A stretch of 64,000 nt of DNA from Phoronis australis (Eukaryota > Animalia > Phoronida), in the NCBI GenBank assembly GCA_002633005.1, contig NMRA01000001.1, positions 1,707,755-1,771,754 of the forward strand, given 5' to 3'. Both the position numbers and the translations under genes were made by a program. The notes beneath the pieces were generated by a model. The model was not told the DNA's origin. It saw nothing but the letters and a program-made list of their open reading frames with translations, and searched no databases. Of this stretch, positions 22,501 through 34,800 are shown in pieces. Numbering within the stretch: position 1 is the stretch's first letter; each line of letters starts with the position of its first letter.

Positions 22501-24503
22501 AATCAACCGACACTCACCTTGCCCGTTACAGTCGTTTAAGTGAAAAACAATGCAATAAACGTTATTTTCTTGCGTAACTCTCCGCCTTTTCTAACAATGA
22601 AAAGTATGTCATCGTTTTGAAAACAATACGCTCGTGTCACACGCACGCGCCATTTCCTAAATTTTCGTGACAACTTAGAAGAGGCAAAATTTGTTCTGAA
22701 ATTCGGTTTTTCGGTATCGAAATTGTAATGAAGTGAAACCAGTTCCAATAATTTGTTGTGACGTGTACGCAAGCTCGTGAAAGAACAGCAATTGATTGAA
22801 GAATCCGCGAAAAAAGAAACTGGCCAATAGGTGATGCAATATTTCATGGCGCCGAAAGCCGTAGCTAAAGATCGCTCCACAACTTTAGCAGCAGAATAAC
22901 GGTAGAACGCCATTTTTTCCAACACTGTTAAATACTTGTTTTGTTTACTCAATGAAGACTGTAGTTTTTAATGACACTAATTTTGTGTCAGATTTTATCT
23001 TACCACTTTTTTACCCACATCCGTGCAAAGCTGTATATTTATATTTACATACAGCTTTGTACCAAGGCTATGTTTTCCTTAGGCAATGACCATCGCCTCT
23101 GTTGGCCCGAACCAGAGGCGATGTAGAGGCTATAGGCACTTTGTACGCCGGAAGCTTTTCGGCGAATTATGCCTCGCACCGACAAAACCATCAAAGTCAC
23201 GTTGTTATAAATACCTTTTGCGCATAGAGGAACACCTTAGGAGGTTGTCGATGTGTTTAAGTTCTTCCAACTCGAACAAATACTCCCGTTATGAAACTTT
23301 TTCTTCGAGCAGTCCCTATTTCAGTTCCCAAAATCGTGAAATCAAAATTTTCATTTTTTAACCAGGCCGAAGGTCAGAAGTTGCGATCCTACCGGCGAAC
23401 TTTGAAAGCTGAAGTTCCCACCCTTTGCGTACGTGCTGCCGGGAACCAGCCGTGCATTTGCCGTGTTGTTAAACATTAAAATGTCAAATATGTGCACAAA
23501 GACTTTTAAATGTCATATCAACAGCATTTATTTTTATCAAATACAAACAATAATTCATTGAAATACAAACAGTTTCAAGTAACGCCAATTAAAGACAAGT
23601 ATAAGTGGTGGCATTTTGGAAACGAACATTTGACTGACAAGACCGCAATGGCTCACCTTTGGCCTATTTAAAAATTATTGAGGTTATGAAGTCACATCAC
23701 CTAGCGAGCGCGGTAAAAGTTAGAGCGTGCGCAGCACAAAAATTTTGATTTCACGATTTTGGGAACTGAAATAGGGACTGCTCGAAGAAAAAGTTTCATA
23801 ACGGGAGTATTTGTTCGAGTTGGAAGAACTTAAACACATCGACAACCTCCTAAGGTGTTCCTCTATGCGCAAAAGGTATTTATAACAACGTGACTTTGAT
23901 GGTTTAGTCGGTGCAAGTCATAATTGGCCGAAAAGCTTCCGGCGTACAGAGCGCCTATAGCCTCTACATCGCCTCTGGTTCGGGCCAACAGAGGCGATGG
24001 TCATTGCCTATGTTTTCCTATGACTGCAAAGCAATGATTCAGATCAAAACAATCAGGTCATATCAGTGTAAAATGATCCTTGTTGGTCATGCACTTATTG
24101 AAAATGAGAATTAAATCAAATGATAGTTGGCCAAAGCAAGAGTTGACCCAAGTACCACTTGACAAGGAATTCACTATTCATAAATCTCTGCCAGTTACTA
24201 CTCAACTCAGTGACAATCTCAGAATTTCGAAGTCCGTCCATCATCATAGTGAAAGCAAGTTGCGATTCACATATATGCAGAAATTTTGAATATTCAAAGC
24301 AACACAATCAACTCACCACCTCCTTGGTTTGATTTTTTCGTTACTCCACTTTCACATTCTCCATCAAGAGGCCTTTTTCTTGAATCAGATTCCATGTCCC
24401 AGATTTCGCTGCGCGTGAACGTTCTTGTCTTGAACGAAATCACGCGATAATCAACGTTATTCTCGTATATTTCCCCACTAGAGGCCGTAAGCTTCGACGT
24501 CAT
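12377..24503 (-). CDS. nova: Nova/pasilla-family RNA-binding splicing regulator (3 KH domains), spliced gene span
   Basis: Five GT-AG exons with consistent phases (187+141+149+154+1202 nt = 1833 nt, 610 aa plus stop; 634 aa with the 72-nt cassette). Diagnostic Nova motifs: [30 protein letters not shown]...DFYPGTNERVCLI (KH1), QVKILVPNSTAGMIIGK (KH2), EDPQSGSCLNISY...GPVASSNPTGSPFA, and KH3 EVSENLVGVILG...ISKKGVFKPGTQNRVVTVTG. Confidence 0.96.
13626..13849. repeat. Intronic minisatellite, 7 units of 30/33 bp (attatatgtctcattacggaaccagacaac[aac])
   Basis: Directly visible tandem units; they produce the periodic ITEPDNN and MSHYGTRQQH ORFs in several frames. Confidence 0.95.
14178..14331 (-). 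CDS. nova: Nova exon, most of KH2
   Basis: ttatcacag|GTG AAG ATT...GTC GCT G|gtgagt; encodes VKILVPNSTAGMIIGKCGVFIRRIKEQSGAYVQISQKSKDLNLSERCITVA. Confidence 0.95.
14877..16105 (+). mobile_element. HINE/DINE-1-like (Helentron-associated) non-autonomous element with internal ~415-bp tandem units
   Basis: 5' atgcccaca and 3' gtgggcacat subterminal IR; ends in ...tcttgtt; the motif tttt(c)atgaaatttg...ata(g/a)gc recurs at about 15092, 15502 and 15926; same family as 36042-37326. Confidence 0.7.
16830..16978 (-). CDS. nova: Nova exon, end of KH1 and KH1-KH2 spacer
   Basis: ctgttccag|GT ACA AAC GAG...AAA CAG|gtggga; encodes GTNERVCLITGSMEAIIQVHNFMMERIREKPDPNPKSEIDGKVNLERHKQ. Confidence 0.95.
17459..17599 (-). 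CDS. nova: Nova exon, first part of KH1
   Basis: ttttttcag|CC GAC ATG GTT...TAT CCA G|gtagga; encodes [46 protein letters not shown]. Confidence 0.95.
18911..18982 (-). CDS. nova: Probable 72-nt in-frame cassette exon of Nova (DDGTDMGTSSWDDSSMRHSGDAPR)
   Basis: Acceptor ttttttcttgtatttag| and donor G|gtaagt; phase 1-1, length divisible by 3, no stop in the Nova frame. Confidence 0.7.
19157..19589. mobile_element. TA-flanked MITE (Tc1/mariner superfamily, Tc2/pogo-like)
   Basis: Imperfect ~24-bp TIRs ccgggattttccgtagatgagccc / gggctactctacggaaattcctgg, TA on both sides; internal direct repeat aacaccaaataaatgcc. Confidence 0.75.
20945..21537. mobile_element. Old MITE with long degenerate inverted arms (at least 110 bp)
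   Basis: taccattagtccctccagattttc...gctcgttaggccgct is the diverged reverse complement of agtggcccgacgagc...gaaaatctgaaggtaccaatggta. Confidence 0.7.
22518..22950 (-). promoter_or_regulatory. Putative internal promoter / alternative first exon of Nova
   Basis: Locally CpG-rich; YY1-like CGCCATTT at about 22648 and 22909; CCAAT at about 22824; consensus donor AAG|gtgagt at 22517. The 5' boundary is uncertain. Confidence 0.4.
23080..24010. mobile_element. Mutator/MULE-like foldback MITE, 931 bp, ~272-bp TIRs, 9-bp TSD
   Basis: Near-perfect inverted arms 23080-23351 and 23739-24010; TSD tgttttcct at 23071-23079 and 24011-24019. Confidence 0.93.
24317..24503 (-). CDS. nova: Nova coding exon 1 (N-terminus with NLS)
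   Basis: ATG at 24503-24501; encodes MTSK...MESDSRKRPLDGECESGVTKKSNQGG, resembling the Nova SRKRPL...TKR NLS region; donor G|gtgagt at 24316, phase 1. The true start could be the second Met (MESD). Confidence 0.88.
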
Positions 24504-26672
24504 TTGGGTCGGTCTCAGTCTTGAGATATTCTTTTGAAATGCATTATTTTTACTGCATTTAAGCCTTGTGTGGTTGGTATGTATAAGTCATTTCAATTCT
24601 TAACTGACATTTAGCTCATTTTTAATATTGATGTGTAAAACAAATATTTCAAGCCAAGTCAAAATTTCACCTGTTTCTTCATCCTGTTCATGTTTCTTGA
24701 AAAGCAGACGACGTTCGTCGTTTATTTGCTTGCCTTTGCCATATACGGAGTGGCAGCAGAGGTAGGTTATCAAATCGGGAGAATTTTATCATACCAGTAA
24801 GATTTAACTACCTTAAGGATGTATAAATCTCCCGATTGGGAGAATTAGCATGGTTGAAAATAAATAGTTGAGTTATCAGTTATGCCTCCTGAAGAAGTTG
24901 ATTTGACTTTGTCCAACAACATCGCGAAAAACATTTGGTTAAAAGGGTAAAGAATGCATTTTAAAACATTCTGGGAGGTTTGTTGTTATTTGGTTAAATT
25001 GTACAGCTGGGCGTAACTTCAGGGGTTTGTCAGGGGGCTGACAGTTCCCCAACTACGCCTCAGTAATCATGTAATGTCGATCTGCTGAGGGCAAAGAAAG
25101 AAAAAGTTGGCCACGGCACGGAAAGAGTACGGTAGTTGAGCTAAGTCTAAGAGGTTCATTTGATTTAAGCCACTGTTTCTTGAATAAACTAACATTTGCT
25201 TTAGTCCACATGCCGCTGTAGAATTGGTCTAGACTTGTTCCTTAGCATACTGTGAATAATACGCTTACAAGGAAGTCGGGCATTTCTAAAGATATGCTCG
25301 TCCTTCTGAGCGGCTTGTACCAGATTCAAAGAGAGCGCGGCGCCGGAATCAGGTACAATTGTGATGACGGCATTGCCCGATGCATGCGAGCAAGACCCAA
25401 TTAAATGTAATTATCCAACCATAAACTGTAGTAAACATCTCTGACTGTACATAATGGCGAATTATCAAAACGCATTAATCTCTAGTTTTTGTTGTAAACA
25501 AACACCACGGCAGTATTCAGCTAGAAAAAAACAACCAATTACGGATTTCAATTTTTAAAAATCAATGAACTAATAATCTACAACCGTTGGGTACGATTGA
25601 AGATAAACTACTGCACGTATTGATATACTCGGTGGTCAGAGTTAACAATATCACATGGATTCATTTTTTAATATTCTCTCAATCTCGTTTAACCAGATTT
25701 TTGACCAGGAAACAGTTGTTGTGCCCACTTTTCATTTTTTATTACTGACAAAGAGCTGGAATAGTTATATAGTCAGTGCCACCGAAATTGTCCAGAGATT
25801 CCAAATCTTCAGTTTGGTTATCACCATGTTTGCAATTTTGTGTATATTTTATGTGTATATTTTATGATTTGAGTTCTGATAAAGGTTAAACTTTAATGAC
25901 ACGTGAAATGTTTAATGTACCTGTAATGTGGTATGTTTAGGGATGGGCTCACAATGAACTTATCTAATTAAGTTTAACTGGCGATCAAAATCTACCATTG
26001 GTTTGGTACTTCAAGTTCAATACTTAGTAAAAGTTATAAACTCGTTACCGGTAAGAAAAAAAAAACAAGTGTGCGGAAGCAGCAAAAATTAAATAAAGAA
26101 AACCAATATGAAACTTATCGTTCCTTTGGGAAGTGGCCCTTTGTAAAGATAAACACAAGTTAACCTTTTTAGTCATTTTGTACTATTTATAATGTACCAA
26201 GTTAAAACTACTCTCCAGAGTTCCAGGCTATATAACTCCTCAAATGTCAGTGAAAACCAAAATGGGGGTAGTAACAACAACCATTGTTGAGACAGTAATG
26301 CTAGCAATTACCTTTCTACTTCATTAGCTCAGATCTACATCAATACAAAGGGTGGGCTGAATAGGCATTGTAAAAGTTGGCTGGGGCTTAGGGAATCAGA
26401 GCAGTCACCAGTGTAATCCAGAAATTCTCCACATGAGGTCTCCTTACTCAAATGAGACATGATTTTTTGTCTTGCAAAGAAGTGGCAGTTTATTTTGCTC
26501 AAGAGGTGATGCTCGACGTGACAAGTCAACCTGAAGATCCCCGATTCCAGCAATAACAAACTGTCAGTTCTTTCAAAACAATCTTTTTTGATTGAGGAAC
26601 AAATCATAATGGTAAGCTGTCAAAAATCGGTAAATAGTTTCATTCAACTGCTGAGTAACTGATGTACTTATA

Positions 26673-26878
26673 AGGGTTCATTAATTCAGGATCGCATAAT
26701 TACGTACTTACGCATATACTCCTTGGTTAATTCGCTGACCACTGATGGCATCCTTTGCAGTTGGGTCAAAGTACCACCAATCTACATCTTTGTCAATTCG
26801 ACAAAGACCTTCGAATTATGCGGTTAAAAGTGTTTACGTATAAGTACGAAATTACCCTACTTTAAACATATGAACCCT
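26673..26878. mobile_element. Short degenerate MITE-like inverted repeat
   Basis: agggttcat...taattacgtactta at the left mirrors taagtacgaaatta...atgaaccct at the right. Confidence 0.5.
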
Positions 26879-27629
26879 GTGTATCAATCAAAAGTTGGTT
26901 TTTGTGATGAAAGGAAGATTTAGGCCGATAGACGTTTGAGCGTACTACAAAGTTTAAAAAAAAAAAACGGTTTCAAGTGGACTCTTTACTATTATCCGCT
27001 TGTAGTAAATTTGCCCATTCGCTTCTGGTAAATTTGTCCTGTCCTTTAGTGTAGTTTGTTCATAACGCAATTTCGGATGCTTGAAATTAAAAAGCAAACT
27101 GAGTTTTTGTTCCAAACGGATTACATGCGATTTCACACCGTATTGAGCTGACGACATCAGAGTGGTCTAAAGATACCAGACGTTTGTTTATACTATTCCG
27201 CTCTTTTAATTGGCTAGCTTGTTCAAATGGCTGACAATAGCCATTTTGCATTATGTTACCAGTACTGAGTTTTGTTATTGTTTCCAAATGCCTGATTAGG
27301 CTATGCAAAAATGAAAGAGGTAGTAACCTGAGAACATGGTGGACAAACAAGTTCACGGCCATCATTTTAGTCTTGTGCCACAATACTCAAGAGCTTTTCT
27401 TACTAATTGGATTCAGATCAAATCAATCCAGAAGTTACATACTGAATGTTCACAAAACAGGATCGTCAAACAAGCTTAAAATCAATAAATGATTACAATG
27501 TATTTAGAGGCAAGCTCAGTTAATTTCATCCTAGCGTTACATGTCCATTTAGTATGTAAGTAGATAGGTACTAGTATTATAATATTTTTAAACTCAGTGA
27601 ATCTCAAGTTAGAACAACTACTACGTTTT

Positions 27630-27841
27630 CAGTAGGGGGGGTTAGGATTCGAGCGAATCCGAGGTGCGTAGCGCCGAGCGGAAGGAAGGTCGGGAGGGGG
27701 TTTCCCGCCTGCCGTGTAAGATTTTTTGTGTTTTTTTGTAGCTGATTTTGTTTTTCTGGTGATTTTTTTTTCAATTTTTATTTTTGATCCTGTCCCGAGG
27801 GGGGGTTTGAGCCCCCAGAACCCCCCCTGTAGATCCGCCTG
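27630..27841. mobile_element. GC-rich DNA-transposon/MITE fragment
   Basis: G/C-run-rich island ending in gtagatccgcctg, resembling non-autonomous DNA element termini; no clear partner TIR. Confidence 0.4.
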
Positions 27842-29521
27842 ACTGACTCCACTAATGGAAGTTATTGAAATTCTCTTTCTCACGGTGTATGCTTTTGAAC
27901 ATGAACTGAAAAATTATTTAAACAGAGCAACTTAAGAAATGCAAATGTTCTCATCACAGTCACCACACAATCCTTTAATGAACAAAACCATATTCTGTCT
28001 GAAGTCCACCTCCGTCCCTCCCAGTGGTGAGTTGAGATAGGTTACTGTGGACACTTATTAAGTGTGCTGCAGTTTCTTTACATTAACAGCTTCACATTTG
28101 ATTTTTTACGATGATATTTTGTCTGGCTGTCTGTGAGTGGAATGTGCCTGAACATTCGGTTATTTCAAGTGTTCTATTTTTCTGATTTAATTTTGAAAGT
28201 TAATTATGAATTATAGAATTATAGAAACGCCTATATTTCCATGAATAGTTCCATTGAAAAACAACATTGTCTGACCTGATACACAGATGGTGTCATCACC
28301 CTGGGTCTGAGTTACCAGTTGTGTAAACAGACTGGACACTGGTATCCTAATGAAACTACCCCTGTGGAATGAGTTCAGACCCTGTGCGAAATGACTGTTT
28401 TTTCGCCTACTGGTAATCAAGAACTGAATATCCAGATAGATGCAAGGGTCCAAGTTGTTTAATCTTTTATAACAGTTTTCAGACAATAAACAATGATTTA
28501 GACAAGGTTTTGGATTTTTATGGATCATATTGCCTGATTAATCAAGATAAAAAATTACCTCTGCTCAATGATGGGCGCTGAATTGTCTAGAATTACATTA
28601 TTAAGTAAAACACTTGGCTTATAACATCATGGCTTACTTTCTGAATCCAAAACCAATATTTTAAGGATGTTGTAATGGCTTCAGCAGCCATTTCTTGTAA
28701 TTAGGACCAAAAATTACGCCCAGGCTTTTAAAACAAAATAGAACGCAACTGTGAGTTATCATTGCATGTGCAGTTGAAATGAAAGTGCCTGTAAAATGGC
28801 AATTGATACATGTTTTGATACTGTGACTGCATTAGACTTGTTCAACTGTTGCTAAAAACGTCCAAATAAGTTAATAAAATGTTATAAAAAGTTCTTATCA
28901 TGAAGTTTCACTATTATAGCATGGATTTTTTCTTTAAAGGGTTTTCTTTCATGAAAATGTTTTTGGACCATTTGTCATATTTTTCAAACTGTGAAAGGTG
29001 GATCTTGATTTCTGTAAAAACAATATTAAAGACTCATGCAGTGCTTAATAGGTCAGGCCGAACTTTCAAATTAATTCGAATAAATTAGCAAGTTAGTGAT
29101 GGTAAATCTTTCCATTAAAGTATTCTGTAAACTCCTAGTCCATTTGGTCCATGGTTTGTTACATGTAATTAGGAACGCTAACATCACATTAAAAAAACGA
29201 GGGATTCCACCCCAAAACATGAACTGAAACAATTTAAAGATGGCGCTGCTAGAAACGTGTGTCTAGCTGGCTGAAACATTGTTCTATCAGGTTTTATTTG
29301 TGCCTTGTTTCTGGCATCCTTTGGTCAAGTCAAGGTTAATGTGTTCATGACTGGGCAGAGATTTTCCTACTTTCTCTAGGTCCTAGACATTTATGTCCTG
29401 AATTCCTACTTTTTGCCCTAGGTCCTGGACATTAATTTTCTGAAGTGTCATATTCTGTCAGGACATTTTGAAAATCAGCCAGAAATAATTCAGCGTTCAG
29501 GTTTGCAAAGGATTTCAAAGC

Positions 29522-31861
29522 TGGAAATCCAAATTTTTTTTTAAAATTCAGACCAAACATGGTCTGTTGGACCGCAACGCCATGTTCTGGTGTCTACTCA
29601 TCTAATAATATATTTGAAAGGGCTTGACATTGTGCTTGATGACAAAAACCCAGACCACCAAACGAAATTTGACATGTCGCCTAAACTGACGACGAAACGT
29701 TGACTAAACAAAAAAGGTCATGCCATATTCTGTTTTCAGGAAATTAAGCAGTTTTGCCCATCTTCAATTTCGTCCCATGAAAATATCCACAATTCAGTCT
29801 CACTCAATTCAAGCCAACGAAGAACGCATACACTCGTGGGGTGTGTTTTATGGTCGAATATTCTTGATTTTGGTCGAACAATTCCGATTTCCCTCTGTTT
29901 ACTTCCTATTGTAATATAAGCGCGTGTTTGATATGTGCTGACTGCTGAGGTTGGCAAATACACTGATTTCACGAAATAAACAGTAAAATTTTGAACAAAA
30001 AATATTAAATAGATAAAATTTTTTAGTAATTTAAAGTTTGGAAGTCACTCAAACTTTGAAATGAGTTCCGGGGACTGATCATTGTTGATATGTCGTGTCC
30101 AGTAAGTATCGTAACACTGCATGATGCGGGCTATGGTGAGCCCCCAAGGTACATCATTAGTGCGACGGTCACCTATTTGCAGAATTTTTTGTTTTCACAT
30201 TTACAGGTTGTCCGGCAGTAAATACATTAGCATAGCTCGGAGCGTGCAAATAAATCTTTAAGGATCGCTTAACAATGGAATACAGTAAAATCACACCAAT
30301 TTAGGACACATATGACAGACGTGAATTTTGTTTTGCTGCTTTTCTATTAATTTAAAGATGTTATGTTACAACAAAAGTAATGGTCTTTCATTTTAAACTT
30401 CTAGACAGTATTTTGAGAAACTCCAGTCAGTTATAAAAACGTTAAAAAACCTTTGAAAATTAAAAAGGGTAATTTTGGTAATCATTTTTGTTCCAAATTG
30501 ATGAGATTTTACCTATGGATCGGTATCTGGATTTAGCCTGTATTTAGAAACTTCTGTCGTTTGGAGTTGAAATCAAATGGGAAGTGTAATGTACCGTAAT
30601 CGTTCGGGTTAACGCCCATGCTCAGTTAACCGCCCACCCCTACTTTAGGTGGATTTTCGATTTAACCGCCCACTGCTCAGTTAAGCGCCCCCCTACGATT
30701 TTTGAAGATTTCCAGTTAAGCGCCCACCTCTCGGTTAAGCGCCCATCCCGGACTTTTAAAGAATGAAGATTTAGCGCCCAGTGCTANTGGAAATCCAATT
30801 TTTTTTTAAAATTCAGTCCAAACATGGTCTGTTGGACCACAACGCCATGTTCTGGTGTCTACTCATCTAATAATATATTTGAAAGGGCTTGACATTGTGC
30901 TTGATGACAAAAGCCCAGACCACCAAACGAAATTTGACATGTCGCCAAAACTGACGAAACGTCGACTAAACAAAAAAGGTCATGCCATATTCCGTTTTCA
31001 GGAAATTAAGCAGTTTTGTCCATCTTCAATTTCTTCCCATGAAAATATCCACAATTCAGTCTCAATTCAACCCAACGAAGAACGCATATATTCGTGGCGT
31101 GTGTTTCATGGTCCAATATTCTTGATTTTGGTCGAACAATTCCGATTTCCTCTGTTTACTTCCTATTGTAATATAAGCGCTTGTTTGATATGTGCTGACT
31201 GCTGAGGTTGGCAAATACACTGATTTCACGAAATAAACAGTAAAATTTTGAACAAAAAGTATTAAATAGATAAAAATTGTTAGTAATTTAAACTTTGGAA
31301 GTCACTCAAACTTTGAAATGAGTTCCGGGGACTGATTGTTGATATGTCGTGTCCAGTAAGTATCGTGATGTGGTGTTAGGAAATAACACTGCATGATGCG
31401 GGCTATGGTGAGCCCCCAAGGTACATCATTAGTGCGACGGTCACCTATTTGCAGAATTTTTTGTTTTCACATTTACAGGTTGTCCGGCAGAAAATACATT
31501 AGCATAGTTCGGAGCGTGCAAATAAATCTTTAAGGAACGCTTAACAATGGAATACAGTAAAATCACACCAATTTAGGACACATATGACGGACGTGAATTT
31601 TGTTTTGCTGCTTTTCTGTTAAAGATATTAGTGTGTTACCACAAAAGTAATGGTCTTTCATTTTAAACTTCTAGACAGTATTTTGAGAAACTCCAGTCAG
31701 TTATAAAAACGTTAAAAAACCTTTGAAAATTAAAAAGGATAATTTTGGTAATCATTTTTGTTCCAAATTGATGAGATTTTACCTATGGATCGGTATCTGG
31801 ATTTAGCCTGTATTTAGAAACTGCTGTTGTCTGGAGTTGAACTCAAATGGGAAGTGTAATG
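29522..31861. repeat. ~1.07-kb tandem duplication (29522-30592 and 30789-31861) separated by a MITE fragment and an n
   Basis: Near-identical blocks starting tggaaatccaa...ttaaaattcag; small indels between the copies. Confidence 0.92.
30594..30787 (+). mobile_element. 5' part of Tc2/pogo-like MITE (same family as 45164-46153)
   Basis: ta|ccgtaatcgttcgggttaacgccc terminus and tandem ttaa(c/g)cgcccac motifs; truncated at n30788. Confidence 0.85.
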
Positions 31862-34800
31862 TTTGTGTAATGTGGTAAAACAACAGCTCCTTGACACTGA
31901 CATGAATTTGTGATGACACTGGGATTGACCCGAAATCCAGTACAGGAATCTCTAAGTCTTATGTCTTCAGCAATTTGACTAAAAGTCAATTTAGAATTAT
32001 TATAACATGGGCCTGACATTACCAGTAGCAGTTTCTTCAGTGCCCCAATAATGCTGCCTCTGTGTGAATGGATGAATTGGCCTTCCGTTATCATTTATGC
32101 TAGTTGCTAATAGGTGGCACTGCTCATGGTACTAGGAAAATGAAAACACACTAGCTGATTGTGAGGTCCGTCAGTTATGTACATCAACTATTGAAAAATT
32201 GCATGGCATTTTTATTTAGAGTTTAGTGGTAAGTGGATTCTTTCGGTCAATTTTTGTTAAGAAATTGGCAATAGTCACTAATAAGGATCCTGGATTTTGA
32301 GAACCAGTTATTAGCCTGTTATTCAGTGGACAGAACTCAGTGATTCTCAAAATGCAGGACCCCTGTAAGTGACATTTATGTGCATCAATATCAAAAGTTG
32401 ATATAGATTAACATCACTTGACATGACACTTCTTCATGCTCTAGAAGTATGGAGGTTTCATAACCAAGTCAAGAGGAGTCTTTTGTAATTTCTTTAGTCC
32501 CAGTTGCATGATTAGTCCCCGGGACTAAATCTTCTGTACATTTTTGTCTTTGTTTACACACAAATGTTTATTTTCCCATACTTCATCTTTATTATGAGCT
32601 CCTCTTTTACTCAGCGTGTTATTTTTCCTGAAAAGCTGAGCCCTTATCAGTTTGAATGAAGTAAATCAGTAGAGATTTAGTCTTTTAATTAGGGTCATGC
32701 ATGAAAAAGTCCCTATTTTTATTTTCAATAATATGGGAAACTCAGCAAAGAGTTTCTTATCAGTAGCCCTACGTAACAAAGCTAAAAGTTGAGTTAGTGA
32801 GGATGACAAAATAGCATTAAAAAGTTCATTCATGTTTACAAATGCAATCAAGTTAAGTTGTTGAGGCCTTGCTTTAAGCAAAAAACTACCATGCAAAAGG
32901 GGGAGACAGAAAAATCTACCCTGTAAAATGGGGTGGGAATTACCAGATCTGACACCTGCAATAGGGGATCTCTTAGCAATTTTTGGTACAGGCCTGCAGG
33001 CACGTTGCCAATATTAGTGACCCCCCATATGAGCAACACCCCTATTCCCAGGCAGCTCATAGTTTGGCCAGGCCAAATACTTATCTACTACGGTTACAGA
33101 GTGACAACAACCATCCAATGGATAGCAGAGAACTAAAATCTAATCTATTTTGGCTATTTTTATTGTATTTCTTTAAGTAATCAAAATTCCAATACGAGTC
33201 AGGAATTCTTTTTCAGAAACCATTACCCTGTTGTAGGTGCTGTGAGAATTTCTAATAATTACATAGTCACATAAGGTGTTAATAAATATTAAACTTGAAT
33301 GACCTTCGTTGTTGCTGCAACACCTATTTTTTCCTGGAACTCTAGCTGCCTCACACATGGCATTCCATGATTCCCTCATGTGCTGTAACTCATGATTGAC
33401 ATTTGCCCCTATGCTAAATGAGCTGTTAACTATAAATTTTGCATGGATGATATTTTTATTTGACAGGTGATTAATGTAGCACTGCTAATCTATAGTTTTC
33501 TGTTAATAATACAATGATTTTACATATTTGACTATAAAAACAGTCAAGTCAAATAAATAGTGTTGTTCAGTTTGCTGAACAAGTTTCTGCCACTGCGTAA
33601 TTGCATATTGTGTTCAACAACTCAGGACTTGGGCAAACATTAAGTTTAAACCATTGATTTTCCTATCAGTGTATGACCAAGGTGTAATCATCTAGACCTT
33701 AGCTGTTCAGTGAGTTAACACAAACAGTATTGGCTATTGTATTGTTTGGGAATTTTCGCGGGTTTGAGGTATGTACATAATTTGTTTTTTAGGTTCAAGT
33801 GAACATGTTTTGCTCAGGTTCAATTAATGTTGTTTGTTCAGGTCTGTTGGCACCTGCTCAGAAGTACTGAGTTATAACACCGTGTTTCAAAAGGAATATG
33901 AACAAATTTGCTGGCATGGGAATGCAACAGGCCTTCAGTTGTTCAAAAACCTTGAAGATGTGGGATTTTAAATTACTGGACTCTCGTACTGGTACATAAC
34001 ATTTTGTTCATCAGTAACTGTAAAGTGATTAGTTATATTTTATAATTGCGTCCTGTATTGGCAGTCAGTCCTGTACATTGGCATTTTGAACAGCTGTTGG
34101 GATTAAAGCATTGTGTTGATGGGCGTGTTCACCGTTCAGCCTAGTGTTGTTAAACATTTACAGTACAGTAATTTTCAGATTCTGTGCGACTAATAAGAGC
34201 TATCAAATTTCTTTGTTTGTTCTGTTTGTTGTTTTTATTTTGAAAGAGTAAAGCATTCAAGGTATTATCACTGAAAATTACATTCCTAATTTATCTGGAA
34301 ATCCAGAGGAGGATTTGTTTCCAACCACAGATCAATCAAGTCTATTGTTAAACATTCCTGCAATCTTTTATTATAATGAAGTCATCATTAACCTCACTGG
34401 TAATTGCTATCCACTGTCAAAGAAACTTATAGATCAGTATTTTTGTACAGTGGAATTATATTGAGGATTGTTAATGTATGAAGTGCAATGAAATGGGACA
34501 AAGTTTAATGTGTAATCCTTTTCAGTTAATGTTTGAAACAATGCATGTGTCATTTCAAATTCATAGACAGATTTAGGGAGCTGCTCAGGGGGCCTCGGCC
34601 TCCCCCAGACACACACGACATGTCGGGGTCCATGTGGGCATTTGGTACAAAAACTGGTGGGCCCCCATTTACGACATCCTCGATGCGCCAGTGTAAAATT
34701 ACTCATTTTTTTTAAACTGGCTGCTTAGTTCCTGGCCAATATTGACATATTTTGCTCGACTTGAAAGATATTTTGAGCCTTGTTTAGTCATGGTTGGTTT

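Noticed and set aside
22536-22952. 138-aa minus-strand ORF as a separate gene
   Set aside because: It starts at a non-ATG codon, has no recognisable domain and ends before the splice donor; it is better explained as promoter or 5' UTR sequence.
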